Positions 24,404 to 32,493 of a DNA stretch of 58,642 nucleotides are shown here, one piece after another (position 1 is the stretch's first letter; each line of letters opens with the position of its first letter). Position numbers and translations under genes: made by a program. Origin of the DNA: a virus; UHGV virus genome UHGV-0101169. One strand, 5' to 3'. The notes under the pieces were generated by a model. The model was not told where the DNA came from. It worked only from the letters and a program-made list of their open reading frames with translations, and searched no databases.

Positions 24404-26320
24404 TTATCCCTCCACTTTTAATTTTTCATTATCGTTTACAACTAGCATAATCAACTGACCGATAACCATGTCAGAAACCTTTTTCTGGTTTTCAGAGTCC
24501 AGTGATTCACAGTCATCCACCCAGATAGGAACTGATATTCCGGCAATATCCTGTACGCTCTGGCAAATATCAACTCTACCCAGGATCCGGTTTCCCTTGT
24601 TGCTGATCGTTGTAAGAATAGATTTACCATCAACCATAGGAATACAGGTTGACTTATAATTTCCATTCTTTGCAGTTTCAAATAACTGCCACTGGACTAA
24701 TTTGAATTTCTGGTTAATCTGGTTTGAAAACTCCTCATTCTTAGCTTTTTCTAATTCAGTAAGCAGATAGAGGACTTTTTCTGCATCTGCCTGCTGCTGC
24801 ACCATGTCAGTTCTCTGCTGTTTCAACTCTGCCAGACGTTTTTCTTCGATTTCCGTATTTGACATGAGGATTTTTGATTCGCAATCAGAAAGTTCTTCTC
24901 TTAGCTCCTGTTCATCTTCCTTAAGTACCTTTCGGTACTCAGAAATATTTTCCATACTCTTAAGAGCATTTTCTTTTTCGGTAATCTGCTGATTAATTTC
25001 CTGGTATTCACTTGTATCAGATATATCAAGCTTTTTCGGAAGTTTTGAAAGCTTATCTTCTAATTCTTTAATCTCGGAAAAAACTGCATTATACTCAGCT
25101 TTTCGCTCTTTCATATCTAACCGAAACTGGTCTAAATCTTTTGTTTTCCTATCCAACTGGTCTTTGGTATTGTTTCCGTCTGTTGTGATTGAAGCAAGCA
25201 GCTCTGCCTTTTCCTTTTCAAAATTGGTAAAAAGCTCTTCCTTCTTCTCTTCTGGATAAAGTTGCTTGCAGTACGGGCAAATGAGAGACTTTTCGTCAAA
25301 CTTTCTCTCATTCTCCTCTTTCCACTCTATACGAATACCTTCCAGTTTTCCTTTTAACCGATCAATAGCATCTGTAGCCGCAGAAATTTTGGTTTCGATA
25401 GCATTTATATCTGCCTGTAATTTGTCACGCTCCAATTTCTTTTGTATGGAAATATCCAATAATTTAGACCTTTCTTCCACCAGTGACTCATTTGCTTTTC
25501 TTTCAAGCCCAGACAGTTCCATTTTCAGTTCTAAAATACCGTCAGTCAGCTCATTGTAATTCTTATAAAGTTTTTCACTTTCAAGCTGCTTTTCAGCGTT
25601 TTCTTGAATTTTCTTCTTAAGGTAATTTTTCTGAATTTCCAAATCAGATACGTCCATATCAGTCTTTGCCTTTATGTCCGCTTCCTTTTCCCTAATCTGT
25701 CCCTCTAATATAGGAAGCTCTTTTTTAATATCAGCTACTTTTTTCTTATTCATAGCTGATAATTCCTCTGCTGAATATTTTTCAAGCAGCGCTTCCAGTT
25801 CTGCCAGATCTGGATATTTATCTGCTACGGACGTATCTGGAATATCTTTTACGGTCTGGAACAAAAACTTGCGAACCTCATCTGATTTCTGATTAAGAAA
25901 TGTGTTGATATTGCTCGACATCTTAAAAGCATTATCAATTTCCAAATACTCATTAAACGCCGTTTTTGTCTTCGGAACATCATTAATAAAATATTTGTTA
26001 TCGTCCTTATATGAACTACCGTCTTTGCTATAAGTACGCTTCTGCACCTTGCAAACCGCAATCTTTCTTCCGTCTATATCCAGAACCATAGTTACTTCAA
26101 CATCACCTTCTACCGGTGATCCGTTCACTTCACGTCTCACGACTGGATTACTTCTCATTTCGTAATCACAGTCAAACAGGCACCATGTATATGCACTTGC
26201 TATGCTGGACTTGCCCTTTCCATTTGCTCCAGAAATCACGGTCTTATCATGGAAATCAAAACCCTGTTCTTCATAGCACATGAAATTTTTAAGGTGCATG
26301 CTTAAGAGTTTAATTCTCAT
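24404..26320 (-). CDS. SbcC/Rad50-like SMC-family ATPase with zinc hook
   Basis: N-terminal Walker A GANGKGKSS, long coiled coil with central CPYC hook, C-terminal Walker B/D-loop PIWVDDCESLD. Confidence 0.7.
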   Translation of the reverse strand: MRIKLLSMHLKNFMCYEEQGFDFHDKTVISGANGKGKSSIASAYTWCLFDCDYEMRSNPVVRREVNGSPVEGDVEVTMVLDIDGRKIAVCKVQKRTYSKDGSSYKDDNKYFINDVPKTKTAFNEYLEIDNAFKMSSNINTFLNQKSDEVRKFLFQTVKDIPDTSVADKYPDLAELEALLEKYSAEELSAMNKKKVADIKKELPILEGQIREKEADIKAKTDMDVSDLEIQKNYLKKKIQENAEKQLESEKLYKNYNELTDGILELKMELSGLERKANESLVEERSKLLDISIQKKLERDKLQADINAIETKISAATDAIDRLKGKLEGIRIEWKEENERKFDEKSLICPYCKQLYPEEKKEELFTNFEKEKAELLASITTDGNNTKDQLDRKTKDLDQFRLDMKERKAEYNAVFSEIKELEDKLSKLPKKLDISDTSEYQEINQQITEKENALKSMENISEYRKVLKEDEQELREELSDCESKILMSNTEIEEKRLAELKQQRTDMVQQQADAEKVLYLLTELEKAKNEEFSNQINQKFKLVQWQLFETAKNGNYKSTCIPMVDGKSILTTISNKGNRILGRVDICQSVQDIAGISVPIWVDDCESLDSENQKKVSDMVIGQLIMLVVNDNEKLKVEG

Positions 26321-26495
26321 TCGTCTTTACCGCCTTTCTTTCAACTCCCAGAATAGCCCTCACGACTTCATCTGAGATATAACCGCAGGTTTCAAAAACT
26401 TCTTTAAGGACATTAAGCCTAGCTTGTTTATCTACTAATACTTCATACTCAGATTTAGTAAGCAGAACGATTCTGCTATTTTTATTTTCATCCAT
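26310..26495 (-). CDS. hypothetical protein (61 aa)
   Basis: ORF only. Confidence 0.35.
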   Translation of the reverse strand: MDENKNSRIVLLTKSEYEVLVDKQARLNVLKEVFETCGYISDEVVRAILGVERKAVKTNEN

Positions 26496-26500
26496 CCAAC

Positions 26501-26686
26501 TTATCTCCTCGCTCTTTTAAATTTGTCCACGATTTTTCTCTTATTCGTGGTCTTGTTACTGAGTTTCAAATAAAACTCAGTTTCTTCTACCAGCATCCAT
26601 TCCCCAGCATTTAAATGAGCTGCCGAAACAGCTTCTTTTTGCGACCGGTTTAGCTTCTTCGGCTGCTTCATTTTCTGCTTCTCCAA
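26501..26686 (-). CDS. hypothetical basic protein (61 aa)
   Basis: ORF only. Confidence 0.35.
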   Translation of the reverse strand: MEKQKMKQPKKLNRSQKEAVSAAHLNAGEWMLVEETEFYLKLSNKTTNKRKIVDKFKRARR

Positions 26687-26783
26687 GCTACATAGAATAA
26701 AAAACCTAAAACCACTGCAACTTCAGTCACAAGTGTGGTTAAAACTCCGGCCCAAAATTGGTCAATATACATTGCGCATCCTC

Positions 26784-26993
26784 CTATCTTGTTACCAACC
26801 ACAGTGCCAATGCTGCTCCAACCATCATCAGCCCTGCTACTACAATCACTGTATCCGCAACCTTCCAAAAGATTTCTTTCCAGTGTTTTTTTTCAGTCTT
26901 AATTGCCACGTAGCTTACACCAAGCGGGCAATCATGATTTTTCATCTTTGCCATTTTTCCAATACCTTTCTTGTGGTATAATCTCCTTATCAT
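26784..26993 (-). CDS. small membrane protein (one TM)
   Basis: Hydrophobic C-terminal helix. Divergent from the 27015 gene. Confidence 0.35.
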   Translation of the reverse strand: MIRRLYHKKGIGKMAKMKNHDCPLGVSYVAIKTEKKHWKEIFWKVADTVIVVAGLMMVGAALALWLVTR

Positions 26994-27014
26994 TTAACAA
27001 GGAGGTGAATTAAA
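26974..27014 (+). promoter_or_regulatory. conserved promoter/operator/SD module copy 1 (TGgTATAAT-CTCCTT-N10-AAGGAGGTGA)
   Basis: The 34-nt string ggtataatctccttatcatttaacaaggaggtga is identical at 28945-28978. Confidence 0.6.
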
Positions 27015-27242
27015 ATGTTTATTAAAATCAGAATTTCTTGCCCTTGCCATTGCTCATATATCGTGAATGAGAATATCAATTCCGACAAAGTTGTTTGCCC
27101 CAACTGTGGAAGTGAATATCCTTACTCCGAAAAATTAGCATCTATGCTCAGATTGGCAAAAGAGATACCTGAAGGTGAATGTCTTTCAGAACATTCCGTT
27201 CAGGTTATTTCTCTTTCGGAAGATATGAACAGCCGTCAATAA
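27015..27242 (+). CDS. small zinc-ribbon protein (75 aa)
   Basis: CPCHC...CPNCG. Strong SD. Confidence 0.55.
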   Translation: MFIKIRISCPCHCSYIVNENINSDKVVCPNCGSEYPYSEKLASMLRLAKEIPEGECLSEHSVQVISLSEDMNSRQ

Positions 27243-27426
27243 CTAACTTCATATATTCCAGAAACCCTTTAGCAACCGTAGCGGTCAGATTATTTTCAGC
27301 AATTAGCATTTTTACATTCTTTTCTAATTCTGATGCTTGCTGACCGTTACATTGCCGGTAATAGGAATAATGTTTTCCTTCATACGTCTTTTCAAGTTCA
27401 TCTGCTGTTAATGCATATGGAGACAT
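27205..27426 (-). CDS. hypothetical protein (73 aa)
   Basis: ORF only. Confidence 0.4.
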   Translation of the reverse strand: MSPYALTADELEKTYEGKHYSYYRQCNGQQASELEKNVKMLIAENNLTATVAKGFLEYMKLVIDGCSYLPKEK

Positions 27427-27668
27427 ATTTTTTCACCCTCTTTCTACTTCAACGCTAAAAACAAAACGGTCAATATACCTGCAATAAAACCTAATGCAGT
27501 AACAATGTTATTGTCATTCTTCATATGTATTCAATTTTTCCTTTCCTATGCTGTTTTCTCCGCATCCAGTATTTTCTTTCTGATTGTGTCAACGCCTTTC
27601 TGGTACACCATCTGGCTGTTGCCGCAGCCCTAAACAATGTTCCATACTTCAAAATCTCAACAAATAAT

Positions 27669-27944
27669 TCACTGGCTCTCTGTAGCAAGAGATCCGATTT
27701 TATACTCTTGCCCATTTTTGAATCTGATGCTTTCAATCTCTCCAACATCATCCTGATTAACATTCAGCAGCCACAGGTCTGTTGTGATGTCAAATGCATT
27801 CAAATCAATCGTTAATGTCGGAATTCCCGCACCTTTTTGCTTCAATTCGTAACTTCTGATACCACTAATTTTATGACCGTCAATCAGAATTTCTGTGAAT
27901 ATTCCTTCTTGTCCATCAACCTGTCTAATTTCAATTTTTGCCAT
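27669..27944 (-). CDS. hypothetical protein (91 aa)
   Basis: SD GAGAGGG. Confidence 0.5.
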   Translation of the reverse strand: MAKIEIRQVDGQEGIFTEILIDGHKISGIRSYELKQKGAGIPTLTIDLNAFDITTDLWLLNVNQDDVGEIESIRFKNGQEYKIGSLATESQ

Positions 27945-27946
27945 TT

Positions 27947-28099
27947 TTACCCTCTCTCCGCTTCTTCATCTTCCTCATTTTTCCGACTGCACTCAGCCAT
28001 ACTCTCAACCTTTCCAAGAATATATCCCTTGTCAAAGTCAGACATTTTAGGAATGGCATCTCTCAGCTTTTCCACAACCTGTTTTTCTTTCTCACTCAT
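27947..28099 (-). CDS. small acidic protein (50 aa)
   Basis: Not in the track. SD GGTGAAGTTAATG. Confidence 0.35.
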   Translation of the reverse strand: MSEKEKQVVEKLRDAIPKMSDFDKGYILGKVESMAECSRKNEEDEEAERG

Positions 28100-28115
28100 T
28101 AACTTCACCGCCTAT

Positions 28116-28931
28116 CTACGCACAATACTTAACTTCATACTCCTGGACGATTTTGGAGTAAATCTCACGAAGTTTCTTGTCATGTTCAATTACATCAATC
28201 TTTTTGATGTCAATCTGTTTCTTAGTTCCGCCAGCGTTTTCAATTCTCTGCTTCATGTTTCTGACACGTTTACCCAAATCGGCGCCAGCCCTACGTTCAA
28301 GTTCCTTATGCATTTCAGCCTGTAACTCTGCATAACCAATATTTGCTTTGAGAGCAATCTTTACTATTTTTGCCCTGATCTCCACACGCCAGTTATCCAT
28401 AATTGGTTTAACAGCTTCTTTGATATTCTCCGTAGTCTCAACAGCTTTCCGCGCTGTTTCATTCGCAAGAGCTATCTTCCGGTCGCGTTCCTTATCTTCC
28501 AGCTCTTTATTTGCAATGCTCTGCGCTAATTGCAAAATGAGTTGTGTCTGTGGAGATAAGTCCTCTGTGGCAAGTTTCCTTGCTTTAAAGTAGCCATTTA
28601 CAAGCTGTCTCTGAACTGTCCACGCCAAATCGTCCGTAAACGACTTGACTAACATCAAATAACCTTGTTCTGTCAGAAGAACCACTTCATTGTTTGGATT
28701 TCCGCCTTTTGAGTTAGGTACGAAATTCGTACAGAACTCTGAATACGGTATTATAAAGTAATCTTCATCTTTTATAAAATGTTCTCTATTTACATTGAAA
28801 TTTCTTTTTGCCGTTCCCTCAGGTCTTTCATGGACCATATCAATATCTTTCAATGTAATCACTCTTTGATTTCGATATTCTTTTACTGAAATATCTGAAT
28901 TTCTGATACGTATTAGCTCATTCATTTTCAT
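28116..28931 (-). CDS. ORF6N-domain antirepressor-like protein
   Basis: VKEYRNQRVITLKDIDMVHERPEGTAKRNFNVNREHFIKDEDYFII fits ORF6N. Confidence 0.6.
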   Translation of the reverse strand: MKMNELIRIRNSDISVKEYRNQRVITLKDIDMVHERPEGTAKRNFNVNREHFIKDEDYFIIPYSEFCTNFVPNSKGGNPNNEVVLLTEQGYLMLVKSFTDDLAWTVQRQLVNGYFKARKLATEDLSPQTQLILQLAQSIANKELEDKERDRKIALANETARKAVETTENIKEAVKPIMDNWRVEIRAKIVKIALKANIGYAELQAEMHKELERRAGADLGKRVRNMKQRIENAGGTKKQIDIKKIDVIEHDKKLREIYSKIVQEYEVKYCA

Positions 28932-28944
28932 TCACCCTCTTTCA

Positions 28945-28984
28945 TGGTATAATCTCCTTATCATTTAACAAGGAGGTGACAAAG
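28945..28984 (+). promoter_or_regulatory. conserved promoter/operator/SD module copy 2
   Basis: Identical 34-mer to copy 1. Extended -10 TGgTATAAT at 28945-28953. Confidence 0.6.
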
Positions 28985-29164
28985 ATGAAATTATTGCCAG
29001 ATATAGGTTATCCACAAACAGGAGAAAAAGCAGAAGCCGGTACTTATGTTTGCATGACTTGCTCTCATTCAGACACAACCGAAAATTCTACTATCAATCT
29101 TTTAAAGCCTAGCAAGCTTCCAGATTGCCCCGTTTGTGGTTGTACCTATTGGATGAAAATCTAA
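28985..29164 (+). CDS. small zinc-ribbon protein (59 aa)
   Basis: CMTC...CPVCGC. The ATG lies 8 nt after AAGGAGG. The track uses an upstream GTG. Confidence 0.55.
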   Translation: MKLLPDIGYPQTGEKAEAGTYVCMTCSHSDTTENSTINLLKPSKLPDCPVCGCTYWMKI

Positions 29165-29181
29165 TTCATCCTATGCAAGTG

Positions 29182-29349
29182 TCAGTCGTTAAGACTGGCA
29201 CTTACTTTCAATATTCTCTCGACATTGCACAGTGCGTTCAGCGCCATTACTTCAATGCCAAGTCTTTCATCTGGCTTTTGTTCACGGTTTCTTACTGCTT
29301 CAATATCTTCCATAATGTAATTTGAAAGTTTTTTAATGTGTTCCTGCAT
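29182..29349 (-). CDS. small hypothetical protein (55 aa) divergent from the XRE gene
   Basis: Not in the track. Strong SD GGAGGTGAGAATATG. Confidence 0.45.
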   Translation of the reverse strand: MQEHIKKLSNYIMEDIEAVRNREQKPDERLGIEVMALNALCNVERILKVSASLND

Positions 29350-29365
29350 ATTCTCACCTCCTCGA

Positions 29366-29448
29366 TTGACTTTGTGAGTTTAATATATCACATCGAGAGT
29401 TATAATGCAATACTAAATATTGACTTTGTGAGTTTTTTTTGATATATT
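29366..29448 (+). promoter_or_regulatory. two direct 16-bp repeats TTGACTTTGTGAGTTT; the second forms a TTGACT-17-TATATT promoter for the XRE gene
   Basis: Repeats at 29366-29381 and 29420-29435. TATAAT at 29400-29405 between them. Confidence 0.5.
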
Positions 29449-29471
29449 TATTTTGAAAGGAGGACTCAAAA

Positions 29472-29834
29472 ATGAAAGATCGTATAAAAGAAGTAAGAAA
29501 ATCTACCGGAATGACTCAAGTTGAGTTTGGTGAAAAACTTGGAGTAAAAGGAAACACTGTTACAAATTATGAAACTGGTCAAAGAACCCCTACAGACGCA
29601 GTTATACGTTCTATTTGCAGAGAATTTCATGTAAACGAAGAATGGCTCAGATATGGAACCGGAGAAATGTTTCCACCGAAAACCAAAGACGAATTGATTT
29701 CTGATATGATAGGAGAAATTCAAAGGTCTGGTGAAGACAATTTTAAGCACAGGCTTGTATCGGCGCTTTCAAAGCTAAGTAAGTCTGATTGGGAAGCATT
29801 AGAAAGATTAATTGATTCTATTGCAAAAAAGTAA
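29472..29834 (+). CDS. XRE-family HTH transcriptional regulator (CI/Cro-like)
   Basis: TGMTQVEFGEKLGVKGNTVTNYETGQRTP is a canonical HTH_3. Confidence 0.75.
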   Translation: MKDRIKEVRKSTGMTQVEFGEKLGVKGNTVTNYETGQRTPTDAVIRSICREFHVNEEWLRYGTGEMFPPKTKDELISDMIGEIQRSGEDNFKHRLVSALSKLSKSDWEALERLIDSIAKK

Positions 29835-29841
29835 AAGAAAA

Positions 29842-29876
29842 GTCAAGGGACATGCGCAATCCCTTGACTTTTTTTC
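29842..29876. terminator. bidirectional intrinsic terminator GTCAAGGGA-loop-TCCCTTGAC-T8
   Basis: Perfect 9-bp stem. A-run before and T-run after. Confidence 0.75.
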
Positions 29877-29877
29877 T

Positions 29878-30141
29878 TTATCCTATAAGTTTTTTTACAT
29901 ACGCATAAATAGTTTTTAGCCAATGTAAATTTTCACACTGAGTAATTAATGTTATAATTTTTTCCTTATAATATTCTTTCTCCTCCACTAAAAGTCCCTC
30001 CAATTCATCCAATTCACACGTCCTTGTAGCGATAATCGTATTATAGAACATATGTTCGATTATGTCAAGATAGCATCGGGGACACCGATACAAAATCAAT
30101 GTCCCCAAACCAGAAGTTGATTGCCCATTTTCATTGGACAT
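29878..30141 (-). CDS. hypothetical protein (87 aa)
   Basis: ORF only. Confidence 0.4.
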   Translation of the reverse strand: MSNENGQSTSGLGTLILYRCPRCYLDIIEHMFYNTIIATRTCELDELEGLLVEEKEYYKEKIITLITQCENLHWLKTIYAYVKKLIG

Positions 30142-30194
30142 TTCTAGTATATGCTTTTAGTGGGTAAAATATTCTTACGAGCAACGAAAAACTT

Positions 30195-30335
30195 TTATGA
30201 TTCTTCTGTTTCTTCTGCAAGTTCTCCGCAATCCAGATCAATTAAAACCTGTTTTACCTGTGGCTTAATCTTTTCTGGTACCTGTGCGTAAGTCTTTCTA
30301 CCTTTGATAATAAGAGTTGCATAAATAATTGCCAT
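30195..30335 (-). CDS. tiny phage protein (46 aa), paralog of 30376..30489
   Basis: MAIIYATLIIKGRKTYAQVPEKIKPQVKQVL. SD AAGGAGGTAAGCGATATG. Confidence 0.45.
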   Translation of the reverse strand: MAIIYATLIIKGRKTYAQVPEKIKPQVKQVLIDLDCGELAEETEES

Positions 30336-30375
30336 ATCGCTTACCTCCTTTCGTAGTATTAAGAAAAGCAATAGC

Positions 30376-30489
30376 CTAAGCATCTAACAAAGCCTCGACC
30401 TCTGCTCTAATCTTCTCTGGAACATCATCAATTGTTTTTTTGCCCTTGCGGATTAAGTCCGCGTATACTGTTGCCATGTAGCTTGCCAT
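30376..30489 (-). CDS. tiny phage protein (37 aa), paralog
   Basis: Not in the track. MASYMATVYADLIRKGKKTIDDVPEKIRAEVEALL. SD GGAGG. Confidence 0.4.
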   Translation of the reverse strand: MASYMATVYADLIRKGKKTIDDVPEKIRAEVEALLDA

Positions 30490-30491
30490 GA

Positions 30492-30857
30492 TTAAGCCTC
30501 CTTTGTGGTTGTAGTGGTTTGGGTTGCTTCATAAAGTTCAGTCAATGCTAACTGGGTGTTAGTGACTTCATCTTCCAGTGCCAGATTAGCTTCATACTGC
30601 TCGGTAAGAGCTAACTGGGCTTCGGTGAGCTGGTTTTCCAGTTCTGTTACTCTAATCTGTAGTTTTCCAATATCTGATTCCGGCAGATAAGAAAACACTG
30701 CTTTAGGCTCATCTGGATTAGTTACGTCAATTTTTTCAAGAGCTGCTCCGTCTGGAATGTCCACGAACATTGACAACAGACCTTGTGGGGCTTGTTCTTC
30801 CCCATACACAATTGACCAGATTCTACCTGTGGCATCGTAAATTACTAATGCTTTCAT
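30492..30857 (-). CDS. tail fibre-associated hypothetical protein
   Basis: ORF. C-terminal coiled-coil repeats. Confidence 0.45.
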   Translation of the reverse strand: MKALVIYDATGRIWSIVYGEEQAPQGLLSMFVDIPDGAALEKIDVTNPDEPKAVFSYLPESDIGKLQIRVTELENQLTEAQLALTEQYEANLALEDEVTNTQLALTELYEATQTTTTTKEA

Positions 30858-30974
30858 TTGTTCTGTTCCTTTCTTGATTGTGATATACTGTTAATATCTT
30901 TTTACTTTTCTACAATTTTCTGCATCACCCCCATATGCCGGTAATCCACATTGGTATGTGATTGCAGGATATTA

Positions 30975-31631
30975 TTAATAGTATCCTGTAACGTAGTAAT
31001 TGTACTTCTTATTTGGGGTTGTAACTTTTACTTTAAAAGTCGTTCCGCTTCGAATTGGAGAAACCAATGTATAATTGGGCAATATTACACTTAAATTAGC
31101 CGGATCCCAAGGGCAAGAAGTAGATAAGTCATGTGGGCCATTTTCCGCCATAAACATCCAACTTTGAATATAAAAACCAAGAGATAATGTTACATAATAG
31201 TCACTGCCAGAGGTTACTTGCCCAATACGAGATACAAATTTTCTCACATTACCTGAAACTCCGAATATCGACTTCCCATAAAGTATATTATTGCCAGTTA
31301 GATTCCCATCACCTTTGATAACAATATTACCGGTCATTTTCTTACCACTACATGATACTGTCTGCTGAGCTGCCTTAGGCGTATAAGTTCCACCGCCCAT
31401 CGTACCCATGGTGCCGGTCTGCTTGCTTTTGGGATTGGTGGTATAGAAAGTTTTGCCTGATAACACATCACCGGCTCCAGCATCGCCACTGAGGGTTAGT
31501 GTACCAGTTAAAGGCTCTCCATCTGCGCCAACAATTACCTTTCCAGACAAAACATCGTCCGCTGCGGCTGATACAACATCGAGGTCAATTCCACCACTGC
31601 CACCAATCATTAATACCTGTCCCATGGTCAT
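30975..31631 (-). CDS. Gly-rich tail fibre-like protein
   Basis: Repeated DVLSGK(T/V) and G-rich beta-like repeats. In the tail region. Confidence 0.45.
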   Translation of the reverse strand: MTMGQVLMIGGSGGIDLDVVSAAADDVLSGKVIVGADGEPLTGTLTLSGDAGAGDVLSGKTFYTTNPKSKQTGTMGTMGGGTYTPKAAQQTVSCSGKKMTGNIVIKGDGNLTGNNILYGKSIFGVSGNVRKFVSRIGQVTSGSDYYVTLSLGFYIQSWMFMAENGPHDLSTSCPWDPANLSVILPNYTLVSPIRSGTTFKVKVTTPNKKYNYYVTGYY

Positions 31632-32086
31632 ACCCCTTTCAAGCCAATAACAATATCAACAGTTGGCAGTTTGTAAACTTTAAATGTTACACTGCCATCT
31701 GCTGTAGTTCCAGTTCCAGAAGATATAATTCCAAATGCTTTACTATATGCCTTTTGTGCATCCACAGAAGCCCCATCAGCAAGCATACTTACAATTATTG
31801 GATTATCGTCTGCCCTAAGTCCCTCAACATCTACAGTTTGGCTATATGGGGCTGTATCGCCTACCCAACCAGTAGCAGTCAGTGTAACCGGTATAATATG
31901 ATTTATCTGATTGACATTTTTATTAGTCTTGTTGATATCATTTGCCCCAAAGGTATCCCCGACCTGTGAATAACTTGTAGCATCTGTAAACGATACTGTG
32001 CCATCATCATTGCTTGTTTGCGTATATTTTCGACTGTTTCCAGATGCAATGATATCGTCCATATAATTCGTTTTTAAAGTTTCCAT
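31628..32086 (-). CDS. tail protein (152 aa)
   Basis: Position; overlapping start/stop. Confidence 0.45.
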   Translation of the reverse strand: METLKTNYMDDIIASGNSRKYTQTSNDDGTVSFTDATSYSQVGDTFGANDINKTNKNVNQINHIIPVTLTATGWVGDTAPYSQTVDVEGLRADDNPIIVSMLADGASVDAQKAYSKAFGIISSGTGTTADGSVTFKVYKLPTVDIVIGLKGV

Positions 32087-32493
32087 CAGGTTCTCACTCC
32101 TTTCACATTCCCAAGTCTAAATGCTAATACTGGCAACCCAGCTTCCAGCCTGTTCAACATTTCATAGATTCTTAATGTCGCAGACTCTATCCTGTTCAAC
32201 TCATTCCATTGGATAAATGCTCCATTGCTGTAAAAGGTAGATGTCATGCCTATATTCTGGGTGTAAACGTTTTTGTTGATGGTTTCCAGATTCTTCTCAA
32301 AATTATTGATTTCTTTGGCATACGGATAATCCGCATACCCTTTATCAGCTCCCATATCAATAATTCCAAAATTAGGGTAAAATTGTTCTGCTCTTTCATG
32401 CAGAAAATTCAAGTTCCCTTTTATCCGATTGTAATCACTGACATTGAATTTGTCAGAAGATTCCCAATCAGTTTTAGGTTGTATCCATGGCAT
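32086..32493 (-). CDS. tail protein (135 aa)
   Basis: Position; coupled ATGA-type junctions. Confidence 0.45.
   Translation of the reverse strand: MPWIQPKTDWESSDKFNVSDYNRIKGNLNFLHERAEQFYPNFGIIDMGADKGYADYPYAKEINNFEKNLETINKNVYTQNIGMTSTFYSNGAFIQWNELNRIESATLRIYEMLNRLEAGLPVLAFRLGNVKGVRT

Noticed and set aside
26983-27003. Interpreting CTCCTT-N10-AAGGAG strictly as an RNA anti-SD hairpin
   Set aside because: Given the extended -10 just upstream, the predicted transcription start falls inside or after the left arm. The RNA may therefore lack the anti-SD, and a DNA operator role is equally likely. Left open.
27521-27763. ORF 27521..27763 (-) and 27525..27815 (+)
   Set aside because: They overlap the better-supported 27669..27944 gene and lack an SD. 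The plus ORF is a hydrophobic shadow.
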